Assembly: GCA_964567555.1 (NCBI GenBank)
Contig: CAZMNA010000004.1
Coordinates: 6,234 to 70,233 of the forward strand
DNA length: 64,000 bases
Source: an uncultured Candidatus Saccharibacteria bacterium
GTDB lineage: Bacteria; Patescibacteriota; Saccharimonadia; Saccharimonadales; UBA10212
Reading direction: 5' to 3'
Shown: piece after piece, positions 27,196 through 36,985 of the stretch
Numbering within the stretch: position 1 is the first letter of the stretch
Layout of the letters: every line of letters starts with the position of its first letter
Notes under the pieces: generated by a model
What the model was told of the DNA's origin: nothing
What the model saw: the letters and a program-made list of their open reading frames with translations, nothing else
Databases searched by the model: none
Translations under genes and position numbers: made by a program

Positions 27196-28551
27196 ATGGC
27201 TAAAACGATTGGCGTAAAGTTCGTCTGCTCAACTTGCGGGACAGGCTACGGCAGCTGGAGCGGACGTTGTTCTAACTGTGGCGAATGGAACAGCCTGGTT
27301 GAGCAAGTTAATATAGACAGCTCGGCTCAACTAAAAGCCAGCGGAAAAAATCTTGAAGTTCGTTCAGTTATGGATGCTGCCACTCAAAAGTTGGCTCGAA
27401 TCAAAACAGGCATTGAGGAGTTTGATGAAGTACTGGGCGGAGGCATGGTGGCTGGATCGGTTAACTTATTGGCCGGTCAGCCGGGGATAGGCAAAAGCAC
27501 GCTATTGCTGCAGTTAGCCAGTAACGTATCCGCCAAGAAAAAAGTGCTGTACATAAGTGGCGAGGAATCAGCGCGGCAAGTCGGCATACGCGCGGAGAGG
27601 CTCGGTGCCACAAATAAAAAATTGCACCTAGCCGTAGCATCATCGGCTAATGATATAGCCACTACCGTCGCGTCTAGTGGGCTTGATCTTGTCATTGTTG
27701 ATTCAATTCAAGCTGTCGCGGTTAATGAGATTGCCAGTGCCGCCGGTAGTGTTAGCCAAATAACAAACAGCACCCAGCTGTTGAGCAGTGCAGCTAAGGC
27801 TAGCGATACAGCCCTCATACTCGTGGGTCATGTTACTAAAGAAGGGCAGGTAGCTGGCCCTAAGGTGCTCGAACATATAGTTGATGTGGTCTTACAGCTA
27901 GAGGGAGACCGCTATGGGGGCTTTAAAGTTTTGCGAGCTACCAAGAATCGCTATGGTTCAACCACCGAAACAGGAATCTTTGAAATGACCGATAAAGGCC
28001 TCACCTCAGTTGCAAACCCTTCTGCTGCCTTACTCGCAGAGCGCCAGGCCAGTGACGGTTCAATCGTTCTAGCCACCATGGAGGGCAGCCGCCCACTGCT
28101 GGTTGAAGTCCAGGCGCTCGTTAATCCTACTGCATATGGCTATCCAAAACGCACCGCCAGCGGTATTGATTTAAATCGGGTAAATCTGCTAATAGCTATG
28201 TTAGAACGCCGAACGAAACTAAAACTGGCAGACAAAGATATTTATATCAATATTGTAGGTGGTCTCCAGATTCGTGAGCCAGCTGCCGATTTGGCAGTTT
28301 GCATGGCTATTGCTAGTGCTAGCCGGGGCATGCAGTTAGACAAAGACGTAGTCGTTTTCGGTGAAGTCGGCCTATCGGGGGAGGTTCGTCATGTGCCTTT
28401 TGTAGAGAAGCGCCTGGCAGAAGCAAAAAAGCTGGGCTTTGGACGAGCAATTGGCCCCCAGATCAGAGGTGGTAGCTTGCCGACAGGTTTGCTCCCGGTC
28501 ACAAACGTTAGGGCGGCCCTAAATACGTATTCAGAGAAAGATACGGCTTAA
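27196..28551 (+). CDS. radA: DNA repair protein RadA
   Basis: Zinc finger CSTCG..CSNCGEW, Walker A GQPGIGKST, KNRYG motif and a Lon-like C-terminal domain. Confidence 0.95.
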   Translation: MAKTIGVKFVCSTCGTGYGSWSGRCSNCGEWNSLVEQVNIDSSAQLKASGKNLEVRSVMDAATQKLARIKTGIEEFDEVLGGGMVAGSVNLLAGQPGIGKSTLLLQLASNVSAKKKVLYISGEESARQVGIRAERLGATNKKLHLAVASSANDIATTVASSGLDLVIVDSIQAVAVNEIASAAGSVSQITNSTQLLSSAAKASDTALILVGHVTKEGQVAGPKVLEHIVDVVLQLEGDRYGGFKVLRATKNRYGSTTETGIFEMTDKGLTSVANPSAALLAERQASDGSIVLATMEGSRPLLVEVQALVNPTAYGYPKRTASGIDLNRVNLLIAMLERRTKLKLADKDIYINIVGGLQIREPAADLAVCMAIASASRGMQLDKDVVVFGEVGLSGEVRHVPFVEKRLAEAKKLGFGRAIGPQIRGGSLPTGLLPVTNVRAALNTYSEKDTA

Positions 28552-28574
28552 ACACATCCGAACTTGTGGTGACT

Positions 28575-31406
28575 TTAAGGTCCCTTACTGGTAGTGACTG
28601 TCACGGGGTCTGAGGTTGAATCATAAAGAACACTATCAATCACTTGGGCGGTCACGGTTATTTGGTGGCCTTTGCCGGTAACCTTATAAGTAAAGCTATA
28701 AGGGCCGCCGCTTTTAGTGTGGAAGGTTTTAAATATACTACCGTTTACTAGGATGTTAACCGTGCCGGGGAACTGCGAGCGCTTCGGATCGTCCAGCGGA
28801 TATTTTCCAGCTGTTGGAGCCGCTGTTATGGTGCAGCTGCCTGTACAGCTATTAGCAGCGTTAGGATTAGCTGGCGGTGAATTATTGTCAGTAACCGTAA
28901 CAGAAACGGCCGGGTAGTCGCTAGGATTACAGCTATGAACATTGTCTGAGCCAAGTGTGCTGTAGCTGGAATTGGAATTGCCGCCGGGAGGATAGAAAAT
29001 ATCAATTGAATATGCGTTGGCCCGGGAACTGCCGCCAACTGTCTGTTTTGCCAAAGCGGGCGTACAGCTAGTTGCCAATTTGCCAGAAACCTTGTCAATA
29101 ACCGAAGTGGTTTGCCCTACTATTGACTTTGGCTTATACCAGCTTGGAAAAATATCGGTTGTCACTGCTGGACCCTGGCCTGCATAAGGCAAAGCACTAC
29201 GGTAAGCCGGAAAGGTTTGAATTCCAGCCGGCTGCTTCCAGTTAGCAGGAGTGCCCGCACTGTCGAGCGCCTCTTGGATTACAGTTCTGGTCACCGGCTC
29301 GGTCACGTACTCCATTTCTGTGTTAAGAGCTTGCGTCCGGGTGTGGTATCCCACCCAGGTGCCGACTGCGTACTTCGTGCTCCATGCCATCATTAAGCCG
29401 TCGTAGTTATCATTAGTGGTACCGGTTTTGACTGCGACATCCCAACCCTTGTAGTGTTGAAATTTGTAGTAACTGCCAAGGTAAGAAGCTGCCGGATCGG
29501 ATAACATGTTGTTAAGGATGTAGGCTGTCTGCGGGTTCATTACCTGGTTGGTTTTAGGTGGAGTCCAGCTATAGAACGGCTTGCTGGAAGCATCCTTGTA
29601 GATTTTTAAAATATATGTGGCAGGAAGCGCTTGGCCCATACGCCCCAAGGTGGAAAGCCCGTTGAGATGCTGATCAAGGTGTAAATATCCACCGTCGCCA
29701 ATGCCCGATGACGGGGTACAGTCCATTTGATCACTAGCTGAAGCTTTGACCACATTGGTTCCGGGTTGATAACAGTGGTAACCGACGCTTCCGTCCATCA
29801 TAGCGTCAGCTAATTTATCAACTTTGTTAATTGACGCCTGGGTGTCACCGGGCACAACTGACAATGTGGCTTTAACAGCTGGAATGTTTCGCGAACCTCC
29901 AAGTGCATAACGAATAGTCAAGGCACCAGGTGATCTTCGGTCAAAATCCCAAAGACAGTTGCCGTTCGGAGGGAGCGCTCGAACAGTACAAGGATAACCT
30001 GGGAGAGGTGCGACGACGTCGTACAGAACCGACCCAGCGCCAGCGTTTGTATTTTGGATTAGCGCGCTATAGTCATATGGCTTAATACTTGAGCCGGGTG
30101 AGATGGGCCACTGGGCGTAATTAATTTTGCCATGCCCTGGATTGTTAAAGTCAACTCCTCCGACCAGTGCCAACATTTGACCTGTTTGGACATCTTCTGT
30201 GACGGTTGCTTCTTCGTCTCCGCCGTGGATTAGGACATTTGACAGATTTGCCTGTACGGCTTTTTCGGACTGCCGTTGTTTGGTCATATCGAGAGTGGTA
30301 ATAATTTTCCATCCGCCAACTTTAGCTGACTGGGCAGCGAAATCACGCTCCAATTGGCTCTCGGCCGCCAGCACAAAATAAGGCGCCTGAATACCAGAGT
30401 ACTTAGTCTGCTGCGGATGGACTTGAGCCAGTACGTCAACCTTTTTGGCGGCGTTAGCTTCGGTCTTACTAACCATGTGCTGTGCCACCATCTGATCGAG
30501 TATGTAGTTAGTCCGGCCGGCTAGGGCTGCCTGATCAAAATATTCTTTATCATAAGGCGAGTAATATGCCGGCGATTGAGGAATAGCCGCCAAGAACGCC
30601 GCTTGTGCAAGGGTCAGATCCTTAGCGTTTTCGTGAAAGTAGTCGCTAGCGGCTACCTGTACTCCGTAGTCGATTCCGCCGTATGGAGCAGCGTTAAGAT
30701 AGCCCGTTAAAATTTGGTCTTTTGAGTAAGTTCGATCTACTTCTACTGCTAGAATTAACTCCTTTACTTTAAGTGCTAAGTTACGATTTTGGTGAAAGTC
30801 CTGAGTAAGTTTGACAAGTTGCTCTGTGATGGTAGAGCCGCCCTGAACTGTCCCGTGGTGCAAAAGATCATCAACTGTGGCCCTAGCTACACCGCGCAGG
30901 TCAAAGCCATGGTTTGTGTAAAAAGTCTTGTCCTCAACCGCTACGGTTGCCTGCTTCATATATTTAGAGATTTGATCGCTAGGGACTGGTACACGTTTGG
31001 ATCCTACGTTGTCTTGCCAGAGGAGGATCTTGCCTGTACGGTCGTAGAAACTCAGGCTGCCACCTAAATCACTACCTGAAATATCTGTGATATTAGGTAG
31101 ATCGCGTCTAAAAAATGCGAAAACCCCCAGCGCCAAAATAAATAGAGCCAGAATCCCGATGCCGACTATCTTAAGAGCAGCAATTGCACCGTCTCGGCTG
31201 AACCAAAAATCGCGCAGGCGGGATGGAGAGAGATACCACGCAAGGCGCTTAAGTCTTGACTTAGGCAGTCCTCGCATGCGCTCAACCTTGCGGCGCAGCT
31301 TGTCATCTCGCATGCCTGTCCAACGCTCACCCAATGACCGATTCACCCTCACAGTTCGTCCACTACGAGTTCTGATTTGGTCCGACCGCTTAGGCCGTTT
31401 AGCCAT
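28575..31406 (-). CDS. Class A penicillin-binding protein (PBP1A-type transglycosylase/transpeptidase) with C-terminal extension
   Basis: TM anchor, GT51 motifs (EDKTFYTNHGFD, GGSTITEQLVK), and transpeptidase SSIK and KTGTT. A C-terminal ~200-aa Ser/Thr/Pro-rich beta-type extension follows. ATG 31406 has GAGG 9 nt upstream. The track start TTG 31421 is an alternative. Confidence 0.9.
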   Translation of the reverse strand: MAKRPKRSDQIRTRSGRTVRVNRSLGERWTGMRDDKLRRKVERMRGLPKSRLKRLAWYLSPSRLRDFWFSRDGAIAALKIVGIGILALFILALGVFAFFRRDLPNITDISGSDLGGSLSFYDRTGKILLWQDNVGSKRVPVPSDQISKYMKQATVAVEDKTFYTNHGFDLRGVARATVDDLLHHGTVQGGSTITEQLVKLTQDFHQNRNLALKVKELILAVEVDRTYSKDQILTGYLNAAPYGGIDYGVQVAASDYFHENAKDLTLAQAAFLAAIPQSPAYYSPYDKEYFDQAALAGRTNYILDQMVAQHMVSKTEANAAKKVDVLAQVHPQQTKYSGIQAPYFVLAAESQLERDFAAQSAKVGGWKIITTLDMTKQRQSEKAVQANLSNVLIHGGDEEATVTEDVQTGQMLALVGGVDFNNPGHGKINYAQWPISPGSSIKPYDYSALIQNTNAGAGSVLYDVVAPLPGYPCTVRALPPNGNCLWDFDRRSPGALTIRYALGGSRNIPAVKATLSVVPGDTQASINKVDKLADAMMDGSVGYHCYQPGTNVVKASASDQMDCTPSSGIGDGGYLHLDQHLNGLSTLGRMGQALPATYILKIYKDASSKPFYSWTPPKTNQVMNPQTAYILNNMLSDPAASYLGSYYKFQHYKGWDVAVKTGTTNDNYDGLMMAWSTKYAVGTWVGYHTRTQALNTEMEYVTEPVTRTVIQEALDSAGTPANWKQPAGIQTFPAYRSALPYAGQGPAVTTDIFPSWYKPKSIVGQTTSVIDKVSGKLATSCTPALAKQTVGGSSRANAYSIDIFYPPGGNSNSSYSTLGSDNVHSCNPSDYPAVSVTVTDNNSPPANPNAANSCTGSCTITAAPTAGKYPLDDPKRSQFPGTVNILVNGSIFKTFHTKSGGPYSFTYKVTGKGHQITVTAQVIDSVLYDSTSDPVTVTTSKGP

Positions 31407-31435
31407 CAAATTTAACCTCAACTTCCTGAGAATAA

Positions 31436-31444
31436 ATTATACCA
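31436..31444 (-). promoter_or_regulatory. Extended -10 TGgTATAAT (minus strand) for the PBP gene
   Basis: The minus strand reads ttTGGTATAATttattctcaggaagttGAGGttaaatttgATG. This is a short leader with an SD, not a leaderless arrangement. Confidence 0.5.
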
Positions 31445-31547
31445 AAATCTACCGAAACCTACTGCCAAAACCCTTATGTGCTATTTGCTAGCACGTCTCG
31501 GTTTATGCCGATTAATAGGGTATGATAAATTAGCTTAGAGATAGCTT

Positions 31548-32738
31548 ATGAGATTAAGTGAAGATTTAGTTTGGCGCGGACTTATTAAAGACAAGACCTT
31601 TGAAAACGAGTCTTGGCTTGATAGCCCTAAAACTTTTTATCTTGGGATAGACGCTTCTGCAAGCAGTCTGACGGTTGGTAATTTGGCGATTATACTGCTG
31701 GCTAGGAGGCTGTGTGCCGCCGGCTGGAAAACCACCTTACTAATTGGCGGTGGTACGTCACTGGTCGGGGATCCAGGCGGTAAGGTCCAAGAGCGCGAGC
31801 TTAAAAAGGCCGAAGAAGTTGAGGAAAACATTGCTTCTATCAGGAGGCAGATCGTTAGGCTTTTTGCCGGCAAGCAGTTTGAGCTGCTTAATAATTTCGG
31901 CTGGCTGCACAAGCTTGGCTACTTAGAGTTCTTGCGTGATATCGGCAAACACTTTTCTATGACGGAACTTATGCAAAGGGAGTTTGTAGCCGAGCGCATG
32001 AACGAGGGTGGCAATGGCATTAGCTATGCAGAATTCAGCTATTCACTAATACAAGGTTATGATTTTTGGCACCTATTTAAGGATAAGGGCGTAGAGTTGC
32101 AAATCGGCGGCTCGGACCAGTGGGGGAACATGCTCTCGGGAGTTTCCCTAATTCGTAAAAAAGAAGCTAAAGAGGCTCACGCGCTATCCATGCCGCTTGT
32201 GGTAGATAAGTCTACCGGTCAAAAGTTTGGCAAAAGCGAGTCGGGCGCGGTTTGGCTGGATGCAGACATGACTCCGCCACCTGAGTTTTATCAGTTTTGG
32301 GTTAATACTGCTGACGCAGACGTAGAGGCCTACCTAAAGGTCTTTACCTTTCTGGATAAGCAAGAAGTTGAAGGGGTGGTCCGACTGCATGAAAATGATC
32401 CTGCAAAACGAAGTGCGCAAAGACGCTTGGCTGATGCCGTGACCGTCCTAGTGCACCAAGAGGCTGGTCTAGCTCAGGCTCGCCTGCACGCCGAGTCTAT
32501 TAGGGGAGGTTCCGTTGGTGCCGAAGCAGTCCCACTAAAATCTGGCGTTAGTGTTATTGATGCATTGGTCCAAACAGGCCTTGCAACCTCAAATAGTGAT
32601 GCAAGACGGATTATAGATGAAGGCGGTGTCTATGTGGATAATGAACACTACGCAAAAGTAACTCTTGATGCCAACGGTCGGGTTGTGCTCCGGCGTGGCA
32701 AAAAACTAAGTAATTCTGTTTTAATAGAACTTAAGTAA
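31548..32738 (+). CDS. tyrS: Tyrosine--tRNA ligase (HIGH signature replaced by TVGN)
   Basis: ..GGGTSLVGDPGGK.., KMSKS-equivalent KFGKS and a C-terminal S4-like domain. At the HIGH position the sequence is SLTVGNL. Confidence 0.9.
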   Translation: MRLSEDLVWRGLIKDKTFENESWLDSPKTFYLGIDASASSLTVGNLAIILLARRLCAAGWKTTLLIGGGTSLVGDPGGKVQERELKKAEEVEENIASIRRQIVRLFAGKQFELLNNFGWLHKLGYLEFLRDIGKHFSMTELMQREFVAERMNEGGNGISYAEFSYSLIQGYDFWHLFKDKGVELQIGGSDQWGNMLSGVSLIRKKEAKEAHALSMPLVVDKSTGQKFGKSESGAVWLDADMTPPPEFYQFWVNTADADVEAYLKVFTFLDKQEVEGVVRLHENDPAKRSAQRRLADAVTVLVHQEAGLAQARLHAESIRGGSVGAEAVPLKSGVSVIDALVQTGLATSNSDARRIIDEGGVYVDNEHYAKVTLDANGRVVLRRGKKLSNSVLIELK

Positions 32739-33502
32739 TGCCCATCGTAAAAATCAAGAAAGCCGATCAATACGATGACCCCAAGTTTAACTACGAAAAC
32801 TATTGGGTCGGTCGTGAATATGAGCATGCTGCTGAAGAGCTGGCTATCAAACGCCTACTGCGTGGCAAATATTTTAAGTTGGCAGTTGATGTTGGTGGTG
32901 GCTATGGCCGTCTTAGCAAGCTCCTGACCAAATTCGCAGATGGAATCATTTTAGCGGAACCAAGCCAGCAACAGCTGGATATGGCCAAAATCTACCTTGC
33001 AAAGACACCGCAAGTAGAGCGTAAGCTTTTGCAAGCGGCAGATCTTAAACTAAAAGCTGGATCAGCAGACCTAGTGCTGGTAGTCCGGGTTTTGCACCAC
33101 CTACCGGACCCAACCGCTGAGTTTGCTGAAATTGCCCGTGTGCTTAAACCGGGCGGTACTTTTTTGTTGGAATTTGCCAATGATGCCCATTTTCTAAATC
33201 GCATACGCTACGGACTTCATGGCAAGAGCGTTCCAAGAAAGCCAATCAGTATTCAAGATGAAGCCAAAGTTAAGGCCGGATCACTGCCTTTTGTAAACCA
33301 CCACCCCAAGACAATTATCAAGTTACTGCAAGATGCTGGCTTTGAACTCGAGATGACCTTATCTGGCTCTAATTTGCGTTCGCCAACCCTAAAAAGGGTA
33401 TTGGGAAGAACTCCGCTGCTTGCGGTAGAAAAGCTGCTTCAGCCACTGCTCGCGCCAATCTACTTTGGACCAAGCGTCTGGCTGCGACTCAAGAAGAAAT
33501 AG
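32738..33502 (+). CDS. Class I SAM-dependent methyltransferase
   Basis: Motif I VDVGGGYGRL, with ..LKPGGTFLLEF.. downstream. TAATG overlap with the tyrS stop. Confidence 0.75.
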   Translation: MPIVKIKKADQYDDPKFNYENYWVGREYEHAAEELAIKRLLRGKYFKLAVDVGGGYGRLSKLLTKFADGIILAEPSQQQLDMAKIYLAKTPQVERKLLQAADLKLKAGSADLVLVVRVLHHLPDPTAEFAEIARVLKPGGTFLLEFANDAHFLNRIRYGLHGKSVPRKPISIQDEAKVKAGSLPFVNHHPKTIIKLLQDAGFELEMTLSGSNLRSPTLKRVLGRTPLLAVEKLLQPLLAPIYFGPSVWLRLKKK

Positions 33503-33519
33503 CTGATAGTCTATAAACA

Positions 33520-35550
33520 GTGACTCTAAACTCTCCCATAGGCGAACTTAAGGGTGTGGGCGATGAGCTGGCAAAAAAGCTGGCGGTGCTCGGTGTACGC
33601 ACAGTAGGCGAGCTCATCGAATATTTCCCGCGCCGCTATGAGGATTATTCAAACATTGCGCCCATTAAAGATATGCACCCGGGCACTGTAACACTGGAAG
33701 CTCATATTAAGCAGACTAGCGGTCGGTACGTACGCCGGGGCATGCATATTACAGAGGCTATCGCATCAGATGGCACGGGTTCAGTACGTCTGGTTTGGTT
33801 CAATCAACCCTACCGTTCCGGGTCCATAAAACCTAACCAAAAATACTTTATCTCCGGAGATTATGAATTGCGTCGCGGTCGTTTCTCGATTCTCAATCCA
33901 TCAGTTGAGCTAGCCAGTGATTTTCTAGTTAATACGGCGCGCATCATACCGGTTTACCGTGAAACCAGGGGCCTTAAGTCAAGCCAAATCAGACGACTAG
34001 TGCGTGAAGCCATTATGCAGGTCAAAGAATTGCCAGAGCATTTACCCTCATGGTTGCTTGAGCGACAGGATTTGATTGTTTATGCCCGCGCGGTCACTGA
34101 GATACACTTCCCGAGCGGTAATAAAGCTCTAAATTTTGCTCGCAAAAGACTTGGTTTTGAAGAGATTTTTCAACTGACACTGGCGGCTTTACTAAACAAG
34201 CAGGAAAATAGTCACGGCAAAAGTCTAAAAATTCCGTTTCAAGAAAAGTTGGCCCGAACTTTTGTTGCAAAATTGTCCTTTAAGCTGACTAACGCTCAAC
34301 GCAAGATCGTCTGGCAGATTTATCAAGATATGACCAAACCCCAGCCCATGAATCGCTTGGTAGAGGGCGACGTTGGTTCCGGCAAAACCGTTGTAGCAGC
34401 TATGACGACCCTCATGGCTATGGCACAGAGTTTTCAGGTGGCTTTCATGGCGCCCACTGAGATTCTAGCTCGCCAACACGCCGAGACTTTGTTCAAACTG
34501 CTTGAAGCGGTTGGTTTTGGTGATCAGGTTGGGCTTTTAATTGGCGGGCTCAAGCCGGCTCAGAAAAAAGCCATGCACGAGCGAATCGCCAAGGGCGATG
34601 TTCGTTTAATTGTTGGCACGCACGCCCTCATCTCAGAAAAAGTCAGGATGGCTAAACTGGGCTTGATTATCGTTGATGAACAGCACCGTTTTGGTGTAGA
34701 CCAGCGCAAGAAGTTGCAGGCTAAAGCTGGGCACATGCCGCATGTACTTCACATGACGGCCACGCCTATCCCCCGTAGCCTAGCCCTAACTCTTTACGGC
34801 GAGCTAGATATATCAGTGCTGGACGAAATGCCACCTGGCCGCCAAACGATTATCACGGACATTTGTTCACCTAATTCACGAGCTGCCTTATATAAGAAAG
34901 TAGACAGGGAGCTCAAGGATGGTCGTCAGATGTTTGTTGTCTGCCCGCTGATTACAGAAGGCAAGTCAGAATTATCGGCTGAAGCGGTGTATAAAAAGCT
35001 CAGTCAGGCTGACTTTAAACATCGCCGGGTGGCTTTACTTCACGGACGGATGAAATCAGTTGAAAAGGAAAAAATTATGGCTGACTTTCTGGCGCACAAA
35101 TATGACATCTTGGTCAGTACCACTGTTATAGAAGTCGGGATTGATGTACCCAATGCCTCGATAATGCTAATTGAAGGCGTTGACCGCTTTGGTCTGGCGC
35201 AAATCCACCAGCTTCGTGGCCGCGTCGGCCGTGGTGCGCATCAGAGTTATTGCTATCTGATGATGAGCGATTCTAAAGCTCCTAGCCCGCGCATGCGAGC
35301 GCTAGAAACTACGACCGATGGCTTTAAACTGGCGGAGCTGGACTTAGAACTTCGCGGGCCCGGAGCGATTTATGGCACGTTTCAGCACGGAGCTCTGGAC
35401 TTACGTGTTGCTAAACTCAGTGATGTGAAGCTGATTGCTGCCGCTCGCAGGGCCGCACAGGAATTCATAGATAAGAAGGAGAAGCTCGCTAAATACCCTC
35501 ATCTGGAGGCGCGAGTTAGTGCCTTGCGGGCGGTAACTAACCTAAACTAG
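33520..35550 (+). CDS. recG: ATP-dependent DNA helicase RecG
   Basis: GTG start. Wedge/OB N-domain, GDVGSGKT, DEQHRFG, ..QLRGRVGRG.. Confidence 0.95.
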   Translation: MTLNSPIGELKGVGDELAKKLAVLGVRTVGELIEYFPRRYEDYSNIAPIKDMHPGTVTLEAHIKQTSGRYVRRGMHITEAIASDGTGSVRLVWFNQPYRSGSIKPNQKYFISGDYELRRGRFSILNPSVELASDFLVNTARIIPVYRETRGLKSSQIRRLVREAIMQVKELPEHLPSWLLERQDLIVYARAVTEIHFPSGNKALNFARKRLGFEEIFQLTLAALLNKQENSHGKSLKIPFQEKLARTFVAKLSFKLTNAQRKIVWQIYQDMTKPQPMNRLVEGDVGSGKTVVAAMTTLMAMAQSFQVAFMAPTEILARQHAETLFKLLEAVGFGDQVGLLIGGLKPAQKKAMHERIAKGDVRLIVGTHALISEKVRMAKLGLIIVDEQHRFGVDQRKKLQAKAGHMPHVLHMTATPIPRSLALTLYGELDISVLDEMPPGRQTIITDICSPNSRAALYKKVDRELKDGRQMFVVCPLITEGKSELSAEAVYKKLSQADFKHRRVALLHGRMKSVEKEKIMADFLAHKYDILVSTTVIEVGIDVPNASIMLIEGVDRFGLAQIHQLRGRVGRGAHQSYCYLMMSDSKAPSPRMRALETTTDGFKLAELDLELRGPGAIYGTFQHGALDLRVAKLSDVKLIAAARRAAQEFIDKKEKLAKYPHLEARVSALRAVTNLN

Positions 35551-35554
35551 TCTT

Positions 35555-36088
35555 ATGAGAATTATCAGCGGAAAGCTAAAAGGCCAGACTATCAACGAGC
35601 CTCACGGACGCGCCACTCACCCTATGGCCGAAAAAGTGCGCGGAGCACTGTTTAATGTGCTTGGCGGTATCGAAGGCCTGAGTGTACTAGACTCCTTTGC
35701 CGGCACTGGTTCGCTGGGGTTTGAGGCGCTAAGTCGTGGCGCTAGCCGGGTTATCGCGGTCGAGAACGACAAACCAGCTCTTGAAGCTATGAAACGCACA
35801 CAGGCGACTTTAAATCTATCAGGCTTCAAGGCAGTGCGCACCAATATTTTGACCTGGAGCAACGGCAACTTGAACGAAGTTCTCGACATTGTGCTACTTG
35901 ACCCACCTTACAATGATTTAAGACGCGATCAACTACTAAAGATAATCGACAGACATCTTAAAGGCGGCGGTATAGCAGTGCTATCCTGGCCAGGTAAAGA
36001 GCCGGTGCCAATTTTTGAAGGGCTACAAATCGAGCAAAACAAATTATACGGCGACTCTCAACTGGTGTTTTACCGAAAAAATAGCTAG
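35555..36088 (+). CDS. rsmD: 16S rRNA (guanine966-N2)-methyltransferase RsmD
   Basis: MRIISGKLKG.., ..LDSFAGTGSLGFEALSRGA.., ..LDPPY.. Confidence 0.85.
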   Translation: MRIISGKLKGQTINEPHGRATHPMAEKVRGALFNVLGGIEGLSVLDSFAGTGSLGFEALSRGASRVIAVENDKPALEAMKRTQATLNLSGFKAVRTNILTWSNGNLNEVLDIVLLDPPYNDLRRDQLLKIIDRHLKGGGIAVLSWPGKEPVPIFEGLQIEQNKLYGDSQLVFYRKNS

Positions 36089-36102
36089 AATACATCTGTT
36101 AC

Positions 36103-36187
36103 GGGCGAGTGGTGAAATTGGTATACACGCTAGTTTTAGGAACTAGTGGGGCAACCCGTGGAGGTTCAAGTCCTCTCTCGCCCACCA
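36103..36187 (+). tRNA. tRNA-Leu (anticodon UAG), type II with long variable arm, CCA encoded
   Basis: Acceptor GGGCGAG/CTCGCCC has 7 of 7 pairs. Anticodon stem CTAGT/ACTAG with loop TTTAGGA. Variable arm TGGGGCAACCCGT. T-arm GGAGG-TTCAAGT-CCTCT. Discriminator A followed by CCA. Confidence 0.9.
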
Positions 36188-36195
36188 AATTGGTC

Positions 36196-36918
36196 TTAGA
36201 CTAATTTTTTGAGCTGTTCGTAGCGAAGCGCTGGAGCGATAGAATAAAGTGCACCGACAACAAATGAAGCCAGGCTGCCGATTAGGGGCAAGACGCCAAC
36301 GAGGCTAATCAAGAACATAACCCCAATTAATCCCCAAACGGCCCCTGTATTGGTCAGACCTAATTGATGACTTTCTTCCAAAGCCTGCTTAATACCGCAT
36401 TTCTTTTCTAGCATTACATAGGGCGCGAATATATAACGTCTGATCATGAATAAGCCGGGAATCAGTAGTAAAATTAAACCCGCCAAAAATATCAGCACCA
36501 TCACAATATATAGACCAATCATAGGTCGCCACATTTTTTTGGCGGTCTGCCAAGCTCGGCCTATATCCGGTTTTTTAGTGGAGACAACATCAAGCTGCGA
36601 CTTTTGAAGCATAATCTGAACCATCAATCCGACAATGATTGCAAAGATAAACCATAAGATGGAGAACCCTATCAGCGCAGCGTTGAAGCTTCCGGGAAAT
36701 GTCCAGCTGTAGTTTGCATCACTACTTCGACTCCATAAGTTCAAGCCGTGAGTTGGGGTTGAAATCCAGCTATGTAGCCATAGAAGTGCCGGAATAATAT
36801 AAAGCAGTCCAAAAACGTCTATATGTTTCAGAAATAGATCTTTGCTAGGGGTAAACAAGCCAAAGGCGCTCGGGATATAAAAGGGTGAACTCCTGCGGGC
36901 ACGGCGACGGGCACTCAT
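36196..36918 (-). CDS. Multi-pass membrane protein, unknown function
   Basis: 240 aa with an Arg-rich N-terminus and 5-6 hydrophobic helices. Confidence 0.6.
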   Translation of the reverse strand: MSARRRARRSSPFYIPSAFGLFTPSKDLFLKHIDVFGLLYIIPALLWLHSWISTPTHGLNLWSRSSDANYSWTFPGSFNAALIGFSILWFIFAIIVGLMVQIMLQKSQLDVVSTKKPDIGRAWQTAKKMWRPMIGLYIVMVLIFLAGLILLLIPGLFMIRRYIFAPYVMLEKKCGIKQALEESHQLGLTNTGAVWGLIGVMFLISLVGVLPLIGSLASFVVGALYSIAPALRYEQLKKLV

Positions 36919-36927
36919 AATGTTTAG

Positions 36928-36933
36928 ATTATA
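36928..36933 (-). promoter_or_regulatory. -10 box TATAAT (minus strand), 9 nt upstream of ATG 36918
   Basis: The minus strand reads gagagTATAATctaaacattATG. Confidence 0.45.
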
Positions 36934-36971
36934 CTCTCTGCGTTATCGTTATAAAGACTTCTAAACTTCGC

Positions 36972-36977
36972 TATAAT
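36972..36977 (+). promoter_or_regulatory. -10 box TATAAT, 8 nt upstream of the hisS ATG (leaderless-type)
   Basis: cgcTATAATagccatagATG. Confidence 0.5.
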
Positions 36978-36985
36978 AGCCATAG

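Noticed and set aside
31422-31547. Possible T-box riboswitch upstream of tyrS
   Set aside because: The whole intergenic region is only 126 bp and is shared with a divergent promoter. No T-box consensus, specifier hairpin or terminator/antiterminator pair is visible.
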